A stretch of 64,000 nucleotides of DNA from Euryarchaeota archaeon UBA86 (lineage in GTDB: Archaea; Thermoplasmatota; Poseidoniia; Poseidoniales; Thalassarchaeaceae). Below, one piece after another: positions 27,471-36,698 of this stretch. The notes beneath the pieces are model-generated. The model searched no databases. It saw only the letters and a program-made list of their open reading frames with translations, and had not been told where the DNA came from. The stretch lies in assembly GCA_002503055.1 (NCBI GenBank), contig DAQX01000023.1, positions 15,297 through 79,296 of the forward strand, read 5' to 3'. A program made the translations under genes and the position numbers. Numbering within the stretch: position 1 is the stretch's first letter; each line of letters opens with the position of its first letter.

Positions 27471-27761
27471 ATGTCGAATACTAATGTCACAATCGAACTC
27501 GTTGAGAAGTATCTTGCTCTGACCGAGGAAGCTAGATCTAAGGCAACTCCTATTGCAAACGGAGATTCCGAAGAAGAGAGACTTGTATCAATGCTCAGAA
27601 TGTGCGATGATTATGCATCAGACGCTAGGCACTTCATGCAGGAAGGAGACCTAGTACGAGCCTTCGGGGCAATCAATTACTCGCACGCGTGGCTAGACGC
27701 AGCTGTTAGAATCGGTTTACTGGATGGCCATGGTGACGATCGATTATTCACATTACCTTAG
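27471..27761 (+). CDS. DUF357-family small helical protein
   Basis: 96 aa with 'DDYASDARHFMQEGDLVRAFGAINYSHAWLDAAVRIGLL', matching the remembered DUF357 signature (Y..Da..f...gd...A......YahGwlDa..rlGl). It starts 7 nt after the preceding gene. Confidence 0.6.
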   Translation: MSNTNVTIELVEKYLALTEEARSKATPIANGDSEEERLVSMLRMCDDYASDARHFMQEGDLVRAFGAINYSHAWLDAAVRIGLLDGHGDDRLFTLP

Positions 27762-28126
27762 GCCTCGACCAGCCTTAGATATCGTCCAGAGGCAACCTCG
27801 ATGTATGATCCACCTTCCTCAATCAACCTTCTCTTTAGTTCGGTATCAACTGTTAACACCGCCCATCCCCTTTCCGAGGACAGTCTTACAAGCATCTCAT
27901 CAGGATGCCTCACTCCTTCTAAGTCTTGAATAATTTCACAGCGTTTTCTTAGCAATTCTAGAAGCAGACCTTTCTGCTTTTCAGATACAGATTCGAGTTC
28001 TCTATCTACGCATTCAAGTAACTTCAAGTCTGCAACTCCGACTACTTCCTTCATACTCGCATCCAAGTTTAGCCGCGCCTCAATTAGTGCAACCCACCCA
28101 CAAGCGTCTACCAAGACGCCGACCAT
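27758..28126 (-). CDS. PIN-domain protein (conserved neighbour of aIF2-gamma in archaea)
   Basis: 122 aa with 'VLVDACGWVALIE' at the N-terminus (first acidic PIN position) and 'AVLTVDTELKRRL' near the C-terminus. It lies immediately downstream of eif2g. Confidence 0.6.
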   Translation of the reverse strand: MVGVLVDACGWVALIEARLNLDASMKEVVGVADLKLLECVDRELESVSEKQKGLLLELLRKRCEIIQDLEGVRHPDEMLVRLSSERGWAVLTVDTELKRRLIEEGGSYIEVASGRYLRLVEA

Positions 28127-28130
28127 TGAA

Positions 28131-29378
28131 TCACCCAGCGATTGAGCCGTGGCCGATTAATCGCCATCTAGAACCAACTCTTCTGGATAATGTGACCCGA
28201 CTCCCGGATTTTGCACATATTGGCAGACGTAGTTGAATGGTCGCAGAACCTCCTTTAGCGGAAGAAACAGTACCTACACTAGTTGCTGTAGCCGAATTAA
28301 TCATCAACATCTCATTGTTCTGTAGGGGCTTTATTGAACCAGCTTCACCCTCTCCAGATGAGACCATCTTCTCTAACAATTCCAACTTTAGGTTCAATTC
28401 TTCCCAAATCGGAGGTAATTCTCCTTCTCTTGCCATGACCTGGCCTGACAACTCGTCCGCCTTGGTAGACATCGGATCCATAGGGGTGGCAATTCCGCAC
28501 AGGCCCCCTGCGTGAACTAAATCTAGATCCAAACCTCCTCCTTTCAGACTCTCAATCTTGGTTGGGATTGGTTTCCATGTTGTCTGTCCTCCAGATTGGA
28601 CTCTTCTCCCAGGGGCAATCAGAATAGAATCTCCAACATTGAATGATCCCTCGACAATACTCCCGCCAATGATTCCTCCAGACAATCCATTGGGCCTAGT
28701 TCCTGGTCGATTAACATCGAATGAGCGTGCCACATACATCAGGCCAGATTCATCCGCAGTCCTATCCGGTGTCGGGATTACATCCTCGATTGCCTGAATC
28801 AGAACATCGAGGTTGACATCATGATGTGCCGAAACTGGAATAATCGGTGCAGATTCGGCAATCGTGCCCTCTAAGAAACTCTGGATTTCAGCATATGACT
28901 CCCGAGCCCTCTCTCTAGAAACAATGTCTATCTTGTTTTGAACTACTACTATGTTCTCTATACCAGCAATCTGTAGTGCTGCCAGATGTTCTCTCGTCTG
29001 TGGCTGGGGACACTTCTCAGTGGCTGAGATTAGGAGCATCGCTCCATCCATTATCGATGCTCCAGAAATCATGACTGCCATGAGCGTCTCGTGCCCGGGA
29101 GCATCGACAAAAGATACCACTCGGAGTAATTCATCATCCGAATCATCAGCTCCATCAGGATGTTTTCCTCTAACATAGTAATTATCTTGCGCAGTCTTGT
29201 AGAATGCTGTATCGGCATAACCCAGTTTGATGCTGATACCGCGCTTCCGCTCCTCGGAGTGAGTGTCGGTCCATACTCCAGATAGGGCTTGAGTCAAAGT
29301 CGTCTTACCGTGGTCTACGTGACCGACCATTCCGATGTTTACTTCTGGCTGCTTCGGAAGACTACCCAGATTAATCAC
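28131..29378 (-). CDS. eif2g: translation initiation factor aIF2 gamma subunit
   Basis: 'NIGMVGHVDHGKTTLTQALSG', 'VDAPGHETLM', 'VQNKIDIV', and the zinc-knuckle region is replaced as in some archaea. Length is 415 aa. Confidence 0.95.
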   Translation of the reverse strand: MINLGSLPKQPEVNIGMVGHVDHGKTTLTQALSGVWTDTHSEERKRGISIKLGYADTAFYKTAQDNYYVRGKHPDGADDSDDELLRVVSFVDAPGHETLMAVMISGASIMDGAMLLISATEKCPQPQTREHLAALQIAGIENIVVVQNKIDIVSRERARESYAEIQSFLEGTIAESAPIIPVSAHHDVNLDVLIQAIEDVIPTPDRTADESGLMYVARSFDVNRPGTRPNGLSGGIIGGSIVEGSFNVGDSILIAPGRRVQSGGQTTWKPIPTKIESLKGGGLDLDLVHAGGLCGIATPMDPMSTKADELSGQVMAREGELPPIWEELNLKLELLEKMVSSGEGEAGSIKPLQNNEMLMINSATATSVGTVSSAKGGSATIQLRLPICAKSGSRVTLSRRVGSRWRLIGHGSIAG

Positions 29379-29387
29379 CCCGCCGAA

Positions 29388-29885
29388 TCACTCCTCTTCT
29401 CCGGAGGACTTCTCGACGGCTTCTGGCTCCTCGACGAGGCCGAATATGGCGTCGAGAGAGCGGTTTCCAGATTCGACAATCTTGAGATTAATCTGGCGAG
29501 TATCCTGGCTGATTACATTGCCCCGGAGTCTACGCCTCTTCCTCAATCCATCGTACTTGTATCGGTAGACTCTACCCTTCTTCTTGACATACTTCTTCCC
29601 CTTGTAGCCAGTTCCTGCAGTAGTCAGGACCGATTTGATTGCACTTCCATCTAGTTCTGGCCTCATTGGCCTTCCAGTCAAATCAGATCCACCAGTAATC
29701 TCCAGTTTGTATCCATTGAGGGCTTTATCGCCTTCTCCAACGAACATTCCATCTACTGAATCTCCTATCTTCTTACCTAGGAAGTGGTTGTAGTTAGAGC
29801 CGGTGATGTCCATACTGAATGCCCTTCCTCCGGATGAAGGAACGGTGTCATTCACTACCGCTTTGAAGACCTGCTCTGCTGCCAC
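29388..29885 (-). CDS. rps6e: 30S ribosomal protein S6e
   Basis: 'GYKLEITGGSDLTGRPMRPEL', 'RKRRRLRGNVIS'. GTG start with AGGTGG upstream. The C-terminal tail is acidic. Confidence 0.92.
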   Translation of the reverse strand: MAAEQVFKAVVNDTVPSSGGRAFSMDITGSNYNHFLGKKIGDSVDGMFVGEGDKALNGYKLEITGGSDLTGRPMRPELDGSAIKSVLTTAGTGYKGKKYVKKKGRVYRYKYDGLRKRRRLRGNVISQDTRQINLKIVESGNRSLDAIFGLVEEPEAVEKSSGEEE

Positions 29886-29937
29886 ACGACCACCTCTGAA
29901 CGGCCTCCCGACTAAAGGCCCCTATAAGAGCGGTTCG

Positions 29938-29954
29938 GAAGCGCCGTAGGCGCT
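29938..29954 (-). terminator. hairpin AAGCGCC-GTA-GGCGCTT just downstream of the cdc6 stop, in the rps6e upstream spacer
   Basis: Read directly from the sequence. It has a 7-bp stem and a 3-nt loop. Its function is tentative. Confidence 0.25.
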
Positions 29955-29960
29955 TGAAAA

Positions 29961-31187
29961 TCACAAGAAATCTTTCTCAATACGATTCTCAAGCAGAGCG
30001 GGCTGTGTATTGGTCATAGTGATGTGTTGAGTCCGACCCCTCCCAACTGACGCATTGGCGGTACGCGTCTCAATAAGACCAATTTTCTCCAATGTCTTGA
30101 GATGCTTCCAGAAGGTGGTGTAACTGCGTGGCTTTATTGTGAACTCCTCGCAGACTAGGTTGTACAATTTTTGAGCATCTCCGCTCGATACTGCATCGGC
30201 CTTCTTCAATCGTCTACAGATTCCGAGTAGAACCAACTTTTGATGATCTCCCAATTCGTCAACCTGGCTAGGCTCGACAGATGCTGCTCGTAGTGTACTG
30301 GGATGAACATCCTCGGCTAGAACATCTCCTCTTCCATCTTTCTCGACACGAATAATCGCAGCTTCAAGCAACTCGATGGCGAGACGAGCATCGCCTGACT
30401 CAGATGCGAATCTACCTATCTTGGCGAGGGCCCCGTCGTCCACCGAACCCGGCCTGCAAGCTTCCTCGTATCGCTGCTTGGCGATGTCAATCAACGCTTT
30501 CTCACCATATCCTCTCAGAGTTAGCATGTTACTCTCCCCCAGGCGCGAGATAATTGCAGGCTCAAACAGTTTGATTAGAGAAGTATCCTGACTTACCAGA
30601 ATCATCGAAACAGAACCCTGCCGATTCTGCCCCTCATCTATTCTCAGTAGTTTGTAGATTAGATCTCCCTTGTCGTTTCTAATCAGAACATCGACTTCGT
30701 CTAGAACTAACAACAAATGTGCATCTTGACTCCCTAGATTGCGTCTGATTGACTGAATTACCTCACTCGAGCTGAAACCTCTCTCGGGATGGCCAGAATC
30801 CAGAGATCTCGCAATCTCTTGCAGAACCTGTGAGGCGGTTGGATGATTGCGACAGTTTACATGGGCAAGGACTAGCTTCCTACGCCCATCTAGCGCACGT
30901 TGTAAGTCCTCGCCAAATCGACGAGTCATCACAGTCTTGCCGGAACCGACTGGCCCCGTAATCACCGCTCTTCCACTCACTCCGCGATGCTCAATTCCGA
31001 CAAACATCGAGGCCAATCCCCGTAACTCCTCATCACGGCCAACTAACGCCGGAGGAGTCCAATCGAATGAGAACGGAGTTCTATCCAACAGGACCTTGCC
31101 CGCACCAATCCGATTCAGGTATTCGACCATCAATGACTCCCTCCGTTGACTATTCTTGAAGATATGGAAAGCCACGGCCCCTGACAT
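29961..31187 (-). CDS. cdc6: Orc1/Cdc6 replication initiation protein
   Basis: 'ALVGRDEELRGLASMF', Walker A 'ITGPVGSGKTV', Walker B 'LLLVLDEVD' and a C-terminal wHTH ('TTFWKHLKTLEKIGLIETR'). An alternative start is Met at 31130. Confidence 0.92.
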   Translation of the reverse strand: MSGAVAFHIFKNSQRRESLMVEYLNRIGAGKVLLDRTPFSFDWTPPALVGRDEELRGLASMFVGIEHRGVSGRAVITGPVGSGKTVMTRRFGEDLQRALDGRRKLVLAHVNCRNHPTASQVLQEIARSLDSGHPERGFSSSEVIQSIRRNLGSQDAHLLLVLDEVDVLIRNDKGDLIYKLLRIDEGQNRQGSVSMILVSQDTSLIKLFEPAIISRLGESNMLTLRGYGEKALIDIAKQRYEEACRPGSVDDGALAKIGRFASESGDARLAIELLEAAIIRVEKDGRGDVLAEDVHPSTLRAASVEPSQVDELGDHQKLVLLGICRRLKKADAVSSGDAQKLYNLVCEEFTIKPRSYTTFWKHLKTLEKIGLIETRTANASVGRGRTQHITMTNTQPALLENRIEKDFL

Positions 31188-31220
31188 ACTCTATAGTGCA
31201 GGATTTCGTCCTACGGGGAC

Positions 31221-32327
31221 TCAATGAATTTGGTCAAATTTGTATCCATTTTCCCACTTCTTCTCGCCCAAGGCGACTTCAAGTTCGTAAGGTGTAATCA
31301 TGGGTTTGGCATACTTCACAGCATCATCGATAGCGATTCTAGGGCAAGCAGTGTTCACGAAAACATCAACCGGATAGAAATCAATCAATTCAGGTCCAAC
31401 ATGTTCAATTGCAAGAAGAAATCCTTTCTTGCCATGCTTCTCCAATTTCTTTTTCATCCTCAAAGCTAAATTTCGCCTCATCTGACCAGGCTTGGCACCA
31501 ATTAATATTCCAAATCTCTCTTTATCCATTGAAGACATAATTAGTCCCGAACGCTGCCTTAGGATTCTTTCGATCCTTTCTCTTCCCATTTCTTGAGCCT
31601 CTCCGGTATAAGGATCCAACATCGCCAAGGGTTTTCCCGTGTGTAAAACTAATCCAATTGGATGGAAATCTCCACTTCCCAAGAATACATAATGACCAAC
31701 TGTGGGGTCATCACCTGAGTAGTTACACCCCAGAACTTGTCCAGGGAACGATAATCGTGCACCACCTACGGGAATAGTAACTTCAAATCCAGCCTCTTCA
31801 AAGTGTTTCTTGAAAGTTGGTAGCAGATGCAAATGCTGTATACTACCCACCAATCCAAGTTTTGTATCAGTCAGGGGAGCAACTCTACCAACCATGTCTT
31901 CAAACCGATCTAGTGCCTCTAATTCGGATAATACAGGTCCAGATGAATCATTCAGACGGCTGATTGCAATTTCTCTGTGTGCATGAAGATAAGGCAGGAC
32001 GGGAGCAATCTCAGGATTCCCATCATATGTTACTGGTATGAATTGGGTCGGCATCCCTGAATCAATGTTCATTTGCGAGTGCCCCATGTGTGCTACCAGT
32101 TCAACTCCTATGTTTTGCATCTTATCATGGACCAAGTCGCAAGCTCCATAACAAGGATCTGCGGAGAGAACAACTCTTGCAGAGGTCTCCGTTTCAATTT
32201 CATCCATCATTTCTAGGGCCTGTATTTTGAGGCCTTCAGGAACTTGTAGAGCGACCAATTTCAAATCATTTGCTTTTATCCTCTCAACTAAATCATCCAA
32301 TTCGAAGTCATGGCGGTCCAAGTCCAT
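31221..32327 (-). CDS. dph2: 2-(3-amino-3-carboxypropyl)histidine synthase (diphthamide biosynthesis, Dph2)
   Basis: 'LKLVALQVPEGLK', 'LSADPCYGACD', 'FVNTACPRIAIDD'. Start Met 32327 avoids overlapping the upstream gene; the ORF track starts at 32357. Confidence 0.88.
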   Translation of the reverse strand: MDLDRHDFELDDLVERIKANDLKLVALQVPEGLKIQALEMMDEIETETSARVVLSADPCYGACDLVHDKMQNIGVELVAHMGHSQMNIDSGMPTQFIPVTYDGNPEIAPVLPYLHAHREIAISRLNDSSGPVLSELEALDRFEDMVGRVAPLTDTKLGLVGSIQHLHLLPTFKKHFEEAGFEVTIPVGGARLSFPGQVLGCNYSGDDPTVGHYVFLGSGDFHPIGLVLHTGKPLAMLDPYTGEAQEMGRERIERILRQRSGLIMSSMDKERFGILIGAKPGQMRRNLALRMKKKLEKHGKKGFLLAIEHVGPELIDFYPVDVFVNTACPRIAIDDAVKYAKPMITPYELEVALGEKKWENGYKFDQIH

Positions 32328-32331
32328 ACAA

Positions 32332-32910
32332 TCACTCGAGAATCTCGACCTTACCATCGATGATATCGATACGCGCTAGAGTCCTAATTGGCCACCTCGG
32401 ACGCTCCTTAGCCAATCTCTCACGCCCCTCTCCTTTCTCAATCGCGATGACGATGTCTTGTAGTATTACTCCCATTTCCTCAAGAGTAGCGAGTATTGGC
32501 TCAAGAGTCCCACCTGTCGAGATTACATCATCAACAATCAGAATTCTCTCCCCGGGCGAGATGTCATTGATGTATGTAGTGGACTGGGAGTAACCGGTTG
32601 AGACATCGACTCGAACTTCACCTTCCATTCCATACTCACGCTTGCGGATTACAACCGTCGGCTTTCCGGTGGCTTCTCCAACAGCAGCTAACAAGGGCAA
32701 ACCCATTGCCTCGACACTGACTACCAAATCAATCTCCGACCAGTCGACCATCTCTATAATTAGGTCTCTTGTAGCGCGCAGAACATCTGCATCCATACGA
32801 GGAATCCCATCTGAAATTGGATGGATGAAGTAGGGATAATCTCCCTTCCAGATTATCGGCGAGCCTCGCAGCGAGTCTTGCAGAATTGAAAGCGGGTCAG
32901 AGGGCGGCAT
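32332..32910 (-). CDS. hpt: hypoxanthine/guanine phosphoribosyltransferase (archaeal Hpt-type PRTase)
   Basis: 'YPYFIHPISDGIPRMD', 'VSVEAMGLPL', 'VVIRKREYGMEGEV', PRPP motif 'ILIVDDVISTGGTL'. Confidence 0.8.
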   Translation of the reverse strand: MPPSDPLSILQDSLRGSPIIWKGDYPYFIHPISDGIPRMDADVLRATRDLIIEMVDWSEIDLVVSVEAMGLPLLAAVGEATGKPTVVIRKREYGMEGEVRVDVSTGYSQSTTYINDISPGERILIVDDVISTGGTLEPILATLEEMGVILQDIVIAIEKGEGRERLAKERPRWPIRTLARIDIIDGKVEILE

Positions 32911-32922
32911 GGCCCGGCAACC

Positions 32923-33462
32923 TCACACTAAGCCCTTCAAATGCTCGGAGCCCTTTGCTACTCTAATGGTGCAAGGGGTCGGGAATTTGCAACTAGCCTT
33001 TCTGAGAGCATCCCTAGCTGTGAGATAGTGCTCTGGAGAGGTGTAGATTGAGACAACGGTCTGATCTCTTTGCACTCTAGCGGCAGTGCCCACATTCTTC
33101 CCAAAGGACTGCCTCATCCCCATTGAAACACGGTCGGCACCGGCTCCAGTAGCCTGCTTGTTCTCTCTTAGAATCTGATGGGGATATGTGTGCATTCGAA
33201 GAGCATAGCCTTGATCTCCAGCAAGCTTCCTGATAGTGGCGTTAGCAACTTGCCTCGCCGACTCAAGGGCTGAGTCACGAATCTGGCATGGATTGTCTGC
33301 AGTCAGTTCGACTACCACTTCGAATTGGCCTGCCTCAGCACCCTTTCTGTTGCCCATGAAGTAGCGCAGAATACGGTTGTTTGGGACGCCGCCAGTATAC
33401 TCTCTGCGAGTGTACGCCTGACCCTTGATCTGGCGATACATCTTGGCTGGTTTGCGTGCCAT
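32923..33462 (-). CDS. rpl10e: 50S ribosomal protein L10e (uL16)
   Basis: 'MARKPAKMYRQIKGQAYTRREYTGGVP', 'LRMHTYPHQILRENK'. Start is Met 33462; the ORF track starts at 33486. Confidence 0.93.
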   Translation of the reverse strand: MARKPAKMYRQIKGQAYTRREYTGGVPNNRILRYFMGNRKGAEAGQFEVVVELTADNPCQIRDSALESARQVANATIRKLAGDQGYALRMHTYPHQILRENKQATGAGADRVSMGMRQSFGKNVGTAARVQRDQTVVSIYTSPEHYLTARDALRKASCKFPTPCTIRVAKGSEHLKGLV

Positions 33463-33529
33463 ACGGATACCTACTTCGCGGCCCACCGACCTTCTCTATT
33501 TAACCATGAGGCAAGCCGGAATGAGTCAC

Positions 33530-34483
33530 TCAATCAGCACTCAGCCTTTCACTCTCGCGCTGGACTTCCCTGACTCCAAAGACAATCAGACAGAATCCTA
33601 TAAGCATCGATAGTCCAATGTTCTCATCAAGTAATAACCATCCACTGAGAACTCCAAAGACAGGCACAAGGAAAACATAGGATGCTGCAGCCGTAGCTCC
33701 GATCCTATCAATTCCTCTGGCGAACCATGCATAGGTGAGGACAGTGGAAATTAGCCCAAGATATGCCACAGATATCCATTCGGTAGTATTGGGAATAGGT
33801 ATTCCAGACTGCCATACTTCGGCCAGCATCCAAGGGGTGAGAAGGATCCAGCCGACTATCGAATACCATACTACGATTTCTAACGATGTCCCAATTGTTC
33901 CATCAATTAGCGCCATCTTGGTCAAGTTACTGGTCGCAGCCCATGTCAGGGCAGCAAGAGCAATCATCACAGCCCCAATCAATCGATGGTTGAATGGAAT
34001 CTCCGTATTCGGGCTCCATCCCACTACAGTAGCGACACCGACTAAGCCGATTAGTAGGCCGAAAACCATCCTTAAACTCAATTTCTGACCCAGTAATGGG
34101 ATGGCGAGAAGTACCGTGAAAACAGGATTCATTGGGATGATTAGAGAAGCATCTCCAGCAGCCGTCCACTTCATTCCATTCATAAACAGAAGTTGGTACC
34201 CCATGGTTCCCAGTAATGCCATCAAAAATGTGTATTTCCAGGCCTTGTTTCCTTGAGGTAGAAATCGCGGACCTCCTTTATTCCTGTAGAGCCAACACCA
34301 AGCCATGAATGCAATCACCGCGAAGACATACCGCAACCAAGCCGAGGTAGCGGGCCCCATACTGGCCCTGTTTGCATCATCGAGACCGTAACTCAGAAAT
34401 CGACCCACAGCCCAAGTCGAGCCCCACACCGCAGCAACCAGAATTAGTAGTAGATGTGTACTCAGATTCTCTCTATAAGACAA
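33530..34483 (-). CDS. EamA/DMT-superfamily transporter
   Basis: 317 aa with about 10 hydrophobic helices arranged as two EamA-like halves. Confidence 0.75.
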   Translation of the reverse strand: MSYRENLSTHLLLILVAAVWGSTWAVGRFLSYGLDDANRASMGPATSAWLRYVFAVIAFMAWCWLYRNKGGPRFLPQGNKAWKYTFLMALLGTMGYQLLFMNGMKWTAAGDASLIIPMNPVFTVLLAIPLLGQKLSLRMVFGLLIGLVGVATVVGWSPNTEIPFNHRLIGAVMIALAALTWAATSNLTKMALIDGTIGTSLEIVVWYSIVGWILLTPWMLAEVWQSGIPIPNTTEWISVAYLGLISTVLTYAWFARGIDRIGATAAASYVFLVPVFGVLSGWLLLDENIGLSMLIGFCLIVFGVREVQRESERLSAD

Positions 34484-35662
34484 CTAATCACCCAACTCAA
34501 GCAATCTCGATATGAAACCAGGGTCGCTGACTGCGGAAATCTCAGGCTCGCAGATTTCTCCGCCGAACTTGCTTGCCAGTATCATAGCAGTCATTGCTAG
34601 ACGATGATCTTGGTGAGTTTTTACTGGATCGCAAGGAGACTCGGGTATCTGTCCACCAGGAATCTTCAATCCTTCCTGTGTGACTTCAGCATGCATCCCG
34701 AAGCATCTGAGGAGATAGACGGTAGAATCGAGCCTGTCTGACTCCTTTCCACGAGAATGATTGGCCCCGATAATCTGCCCTCCCTTGCCTATTGCCATTA
34801 GTGCAGAAGCCGGGCATATCAAATCACTCTCATCCCGAAGATCTAGGATTTCTGACTGCTCAGCCAAACTCACAATAGCCGGACTGGACTCGGCCATTTC
34901 AATTTCTAAATTGACATCATGAAGCTCTGAGATTAGCATAGCAATAGGCAGAAGGCTATCCTCCGTTGGAACAGTTACAACTTCCGGAACTAGCACTTCC
35001 CAAGGGACAATATCAATCGACTTCGATGAGAAATTATTCTTAGATTCGCATCTCCTGGCAATTTCGAATGACATCTCGTAGTATCCTCTACTGACTGCCT
35101 TTCCAATTATCTCCAAATTTATTGGAAAGGGAAATCGAGGTGCGGCCAGTAACATTGCAGATAGGGGCTGGCTGGATGTGCTAATGTCAAGACTCGCTGA
35201 ACTCGTTTTCAACGGTCCAGTAACGGAGAGGGGAAGATAATCTCCAGAAACCGTGCAACCCAATTCTCTCAACACTCCGGACAATGCCGACATATCTCTT
35301 TCCCGAAGTGACTCGTCCCCGTCAATATGGATCTCCTCGCCGATGCCTGCGGCGATTGCCATCAGGAATCTTGCAGCAGTCCCTGAGTTGCAACAATCAA
35401 GATTCTGTTTCGGAGTTGTGAATCCTTCCTTACCTACTCCCTTGACAGTCCATTCGTTCTCATTTCGCTCTATAACGGCCCCCAATAATTCTAGACATTC
35501 TGCCATGGAAGAAACATCCTGGCCCGGTTCATTTGAGAATCGTAATGTCGATTTCTTCGATGACTGAGACGCCATGACCAGCCAGCGGATCATATGACTC
35601 TTCGAAGGAGGAAGAGACCACCTAAGGGGTCCCTTGAGTTCCATGGGTTCCAGACTAAGCAC
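34484..35662 (-). CDS. aroA: 3-phosphoshikimate 1-carboxyvinyltransferase (EPSP synthase)
   Basis: 'PPSKSHMIRWLVMAS', 'CCNSGTAARFLMAIAA', 'GKESDRLDS', 'QDHRLAMTAMILA'. Confidence 0.85.
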   Translation of the reverse strand: MLSLEPMELKGPLRWSLPPSKSHMIRWLVMASQSSKKSTLRFSNEPGQDVSSMAECLELLGAVIERNENEWTVKGVGKEGFTTPKQNLDCCNSGTAARFLMAIAAGIGEEIHIDGDESLRERDMSALSGVLRELGCTVSGDYLPLSVTGPLKTSSASLDISTSSQPLSAMLLAAPRFPFPINLEIIGKAVSRGYYEMSFEIARRCESKNNFSSKSIDIVPWEVLVPEVVTVPTEDSLLPIAMLISELHDVNLEIEMAESSPAIVSLAEQSEILDLRDESDLICPASALMAIGKGGQIIGANHSRGKESDRLDSTVYLLRCFGMHAEVTQEGLKIPGGQIPESPCDPVKTHQDHRLAMTAMILASKFGGEICEPEISAVSDPGFISRLLELGD

Positions 35663-35699
35663 ACCCTTGGCACAGGACTCGGCGTGTTAATGCTGCCAC

Positions 35700-36524
35700 C
35701 TATTCGGACCGAATCCAGTCTCCGTAATCTGTCTCATTATCCCAATCTAACGACTTCTGATCGATTAGGCTTGACTCTAAGGTATTGTCCAGATTCTTAT
35801 CGATATGAATCAGATTGTTCCTTTCGAGCAGTTTAGGACTTAGTCCAGGCAGTAAAATCGAGACAGCCCGAGGGACCCTACCAGGGTATATTTCGTTAAC
35901 ATGCTCAACTATGTTAGTGGTGCAAGTGTTGGTGATGGTGTTGTACCACTCGGGTCTATCGTGGAGACGGTTAGTCCTACGAAGGAACGACTCTAGAAGG
36001 CGCTGATGATTCCCCTCTCCTAGGACTACTCCTTCGAACAGATGAGTCTTCGACTTCCTCCTACATCTGGCTCTGACGCCTATAGAATCGCTTTCTGTAG
36101 ACCAAACATAAAGCAATTCGTACTGACGCAGCATGCCACGAATCGGATGGTAAGACTCGCCCTTTTCCCTCCTAACTTCAATTGAACAAGCAAGTCTACG
36201 CCCATCATTGAACTCGAAGCTGACAAGGGTGTGAGCAATCGGTTTTCTTTTGGGATCGAAGTACTCCAGAATAAGCCATATCTTACTGACCTCGCTAGGC
36301 TTAAATCTCGACTCAGTCCATCGTTCGTCATAGTCACGAGTAGTCCTCCAATTGAAGTCCCGAACATTCCTCAATAGAACCTCGTCTCCTTCATTTTCGG
36401 CATAAGCAATCCTATCATTCTCGGCGACCCAGTCACGTTCATTGGAGGGTTTCTTACTGAAGTGCCAGATTAGAACAACGACCAAGACGAGCCCGGCAGG
36501 AATCTGAGCCGAGCCCCAGTCCAT
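35700..36524 (-). CDS. DUF4105-like membrane-anchored protein
   Basis: An N-terminal TM helix ('IPAGLVLVVVLIWHF') is followed by 'ERDWV...VRDFNW...', 'AHTLVSFEF' and 'WYNTITNTCTTNIV' (family pattern Y..l.nNCtT). The ORF-track N-terminus (to 36623) overlaps the tRNA, so Met 36524 is used. Confidence 0.55.
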   Translation of the reverse strand: MDWGSAQIPAGLVLVVVLIWHFSKKPSNERDWVAENDRIAYAENEGDEVLLRNVRDFNWRTTRDYDERWTESRFKPSEVSKIWLILEYFDPKRKPIAHTLVSFEFNDGRRLACSIEVRREKGESYHPIRGMLRQYELLYVWSTESDSIGVRARCRRKSKTHLFEGVVLGEGNHQRLLESFLRRTNRLHDRPEWYNTITNTCTTNIVEHVNEIYPGRVPRAVSILLPGLSPKLLERNNLIHIDKNLDNTLESSLIDQKSLDWDNETDYGDWIRSE

Positions 36525-36569
36525 GCCGTCGCTGAGTGGAACCGGCGAATGAAACCTATCTCCATCAAG

Positions 36570-36656
36570 TGGCGCGGCAGGGGAGATTCGAACTCCCGAG
36601 GTGAGACACCACTGGATTAGCAATCCAGCGCAATGGCCAGGCTATGCGACTGCCGC
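36570..36656 (-). tRNA. tRNA-Ser (anticodon GCU), with genomically encoded CCA
   Basis: The minus-strand read is GCGGCAG-TC-GCATAGCCTGGCCATTGC-G-CTGGA-TTGCTAA-TCCAG-T-GGTG-TCT-CACC-TC-GGGAG-TTCGAAT-CTCCC-CTGCCGC-G-CCA. It has a 7-bp acceptor stem, a 5-bp anticodon stem, a long variable arm and a T-loop TTCGAAT. Confidence 0.93.
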
Positions 36657-36698
36657 AGTAACCAAGCGACTGACACCATTCGCTTAAGGCGAGCGGTT

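Noticed and set aside
36525-36623. N-terminal extension of the DUF4105-like ORF
   Set aside because: It overlaps the tRNA-Ser gene (36570-36656) on the same strand. The internal Met 36524 precedes the TM anchor.
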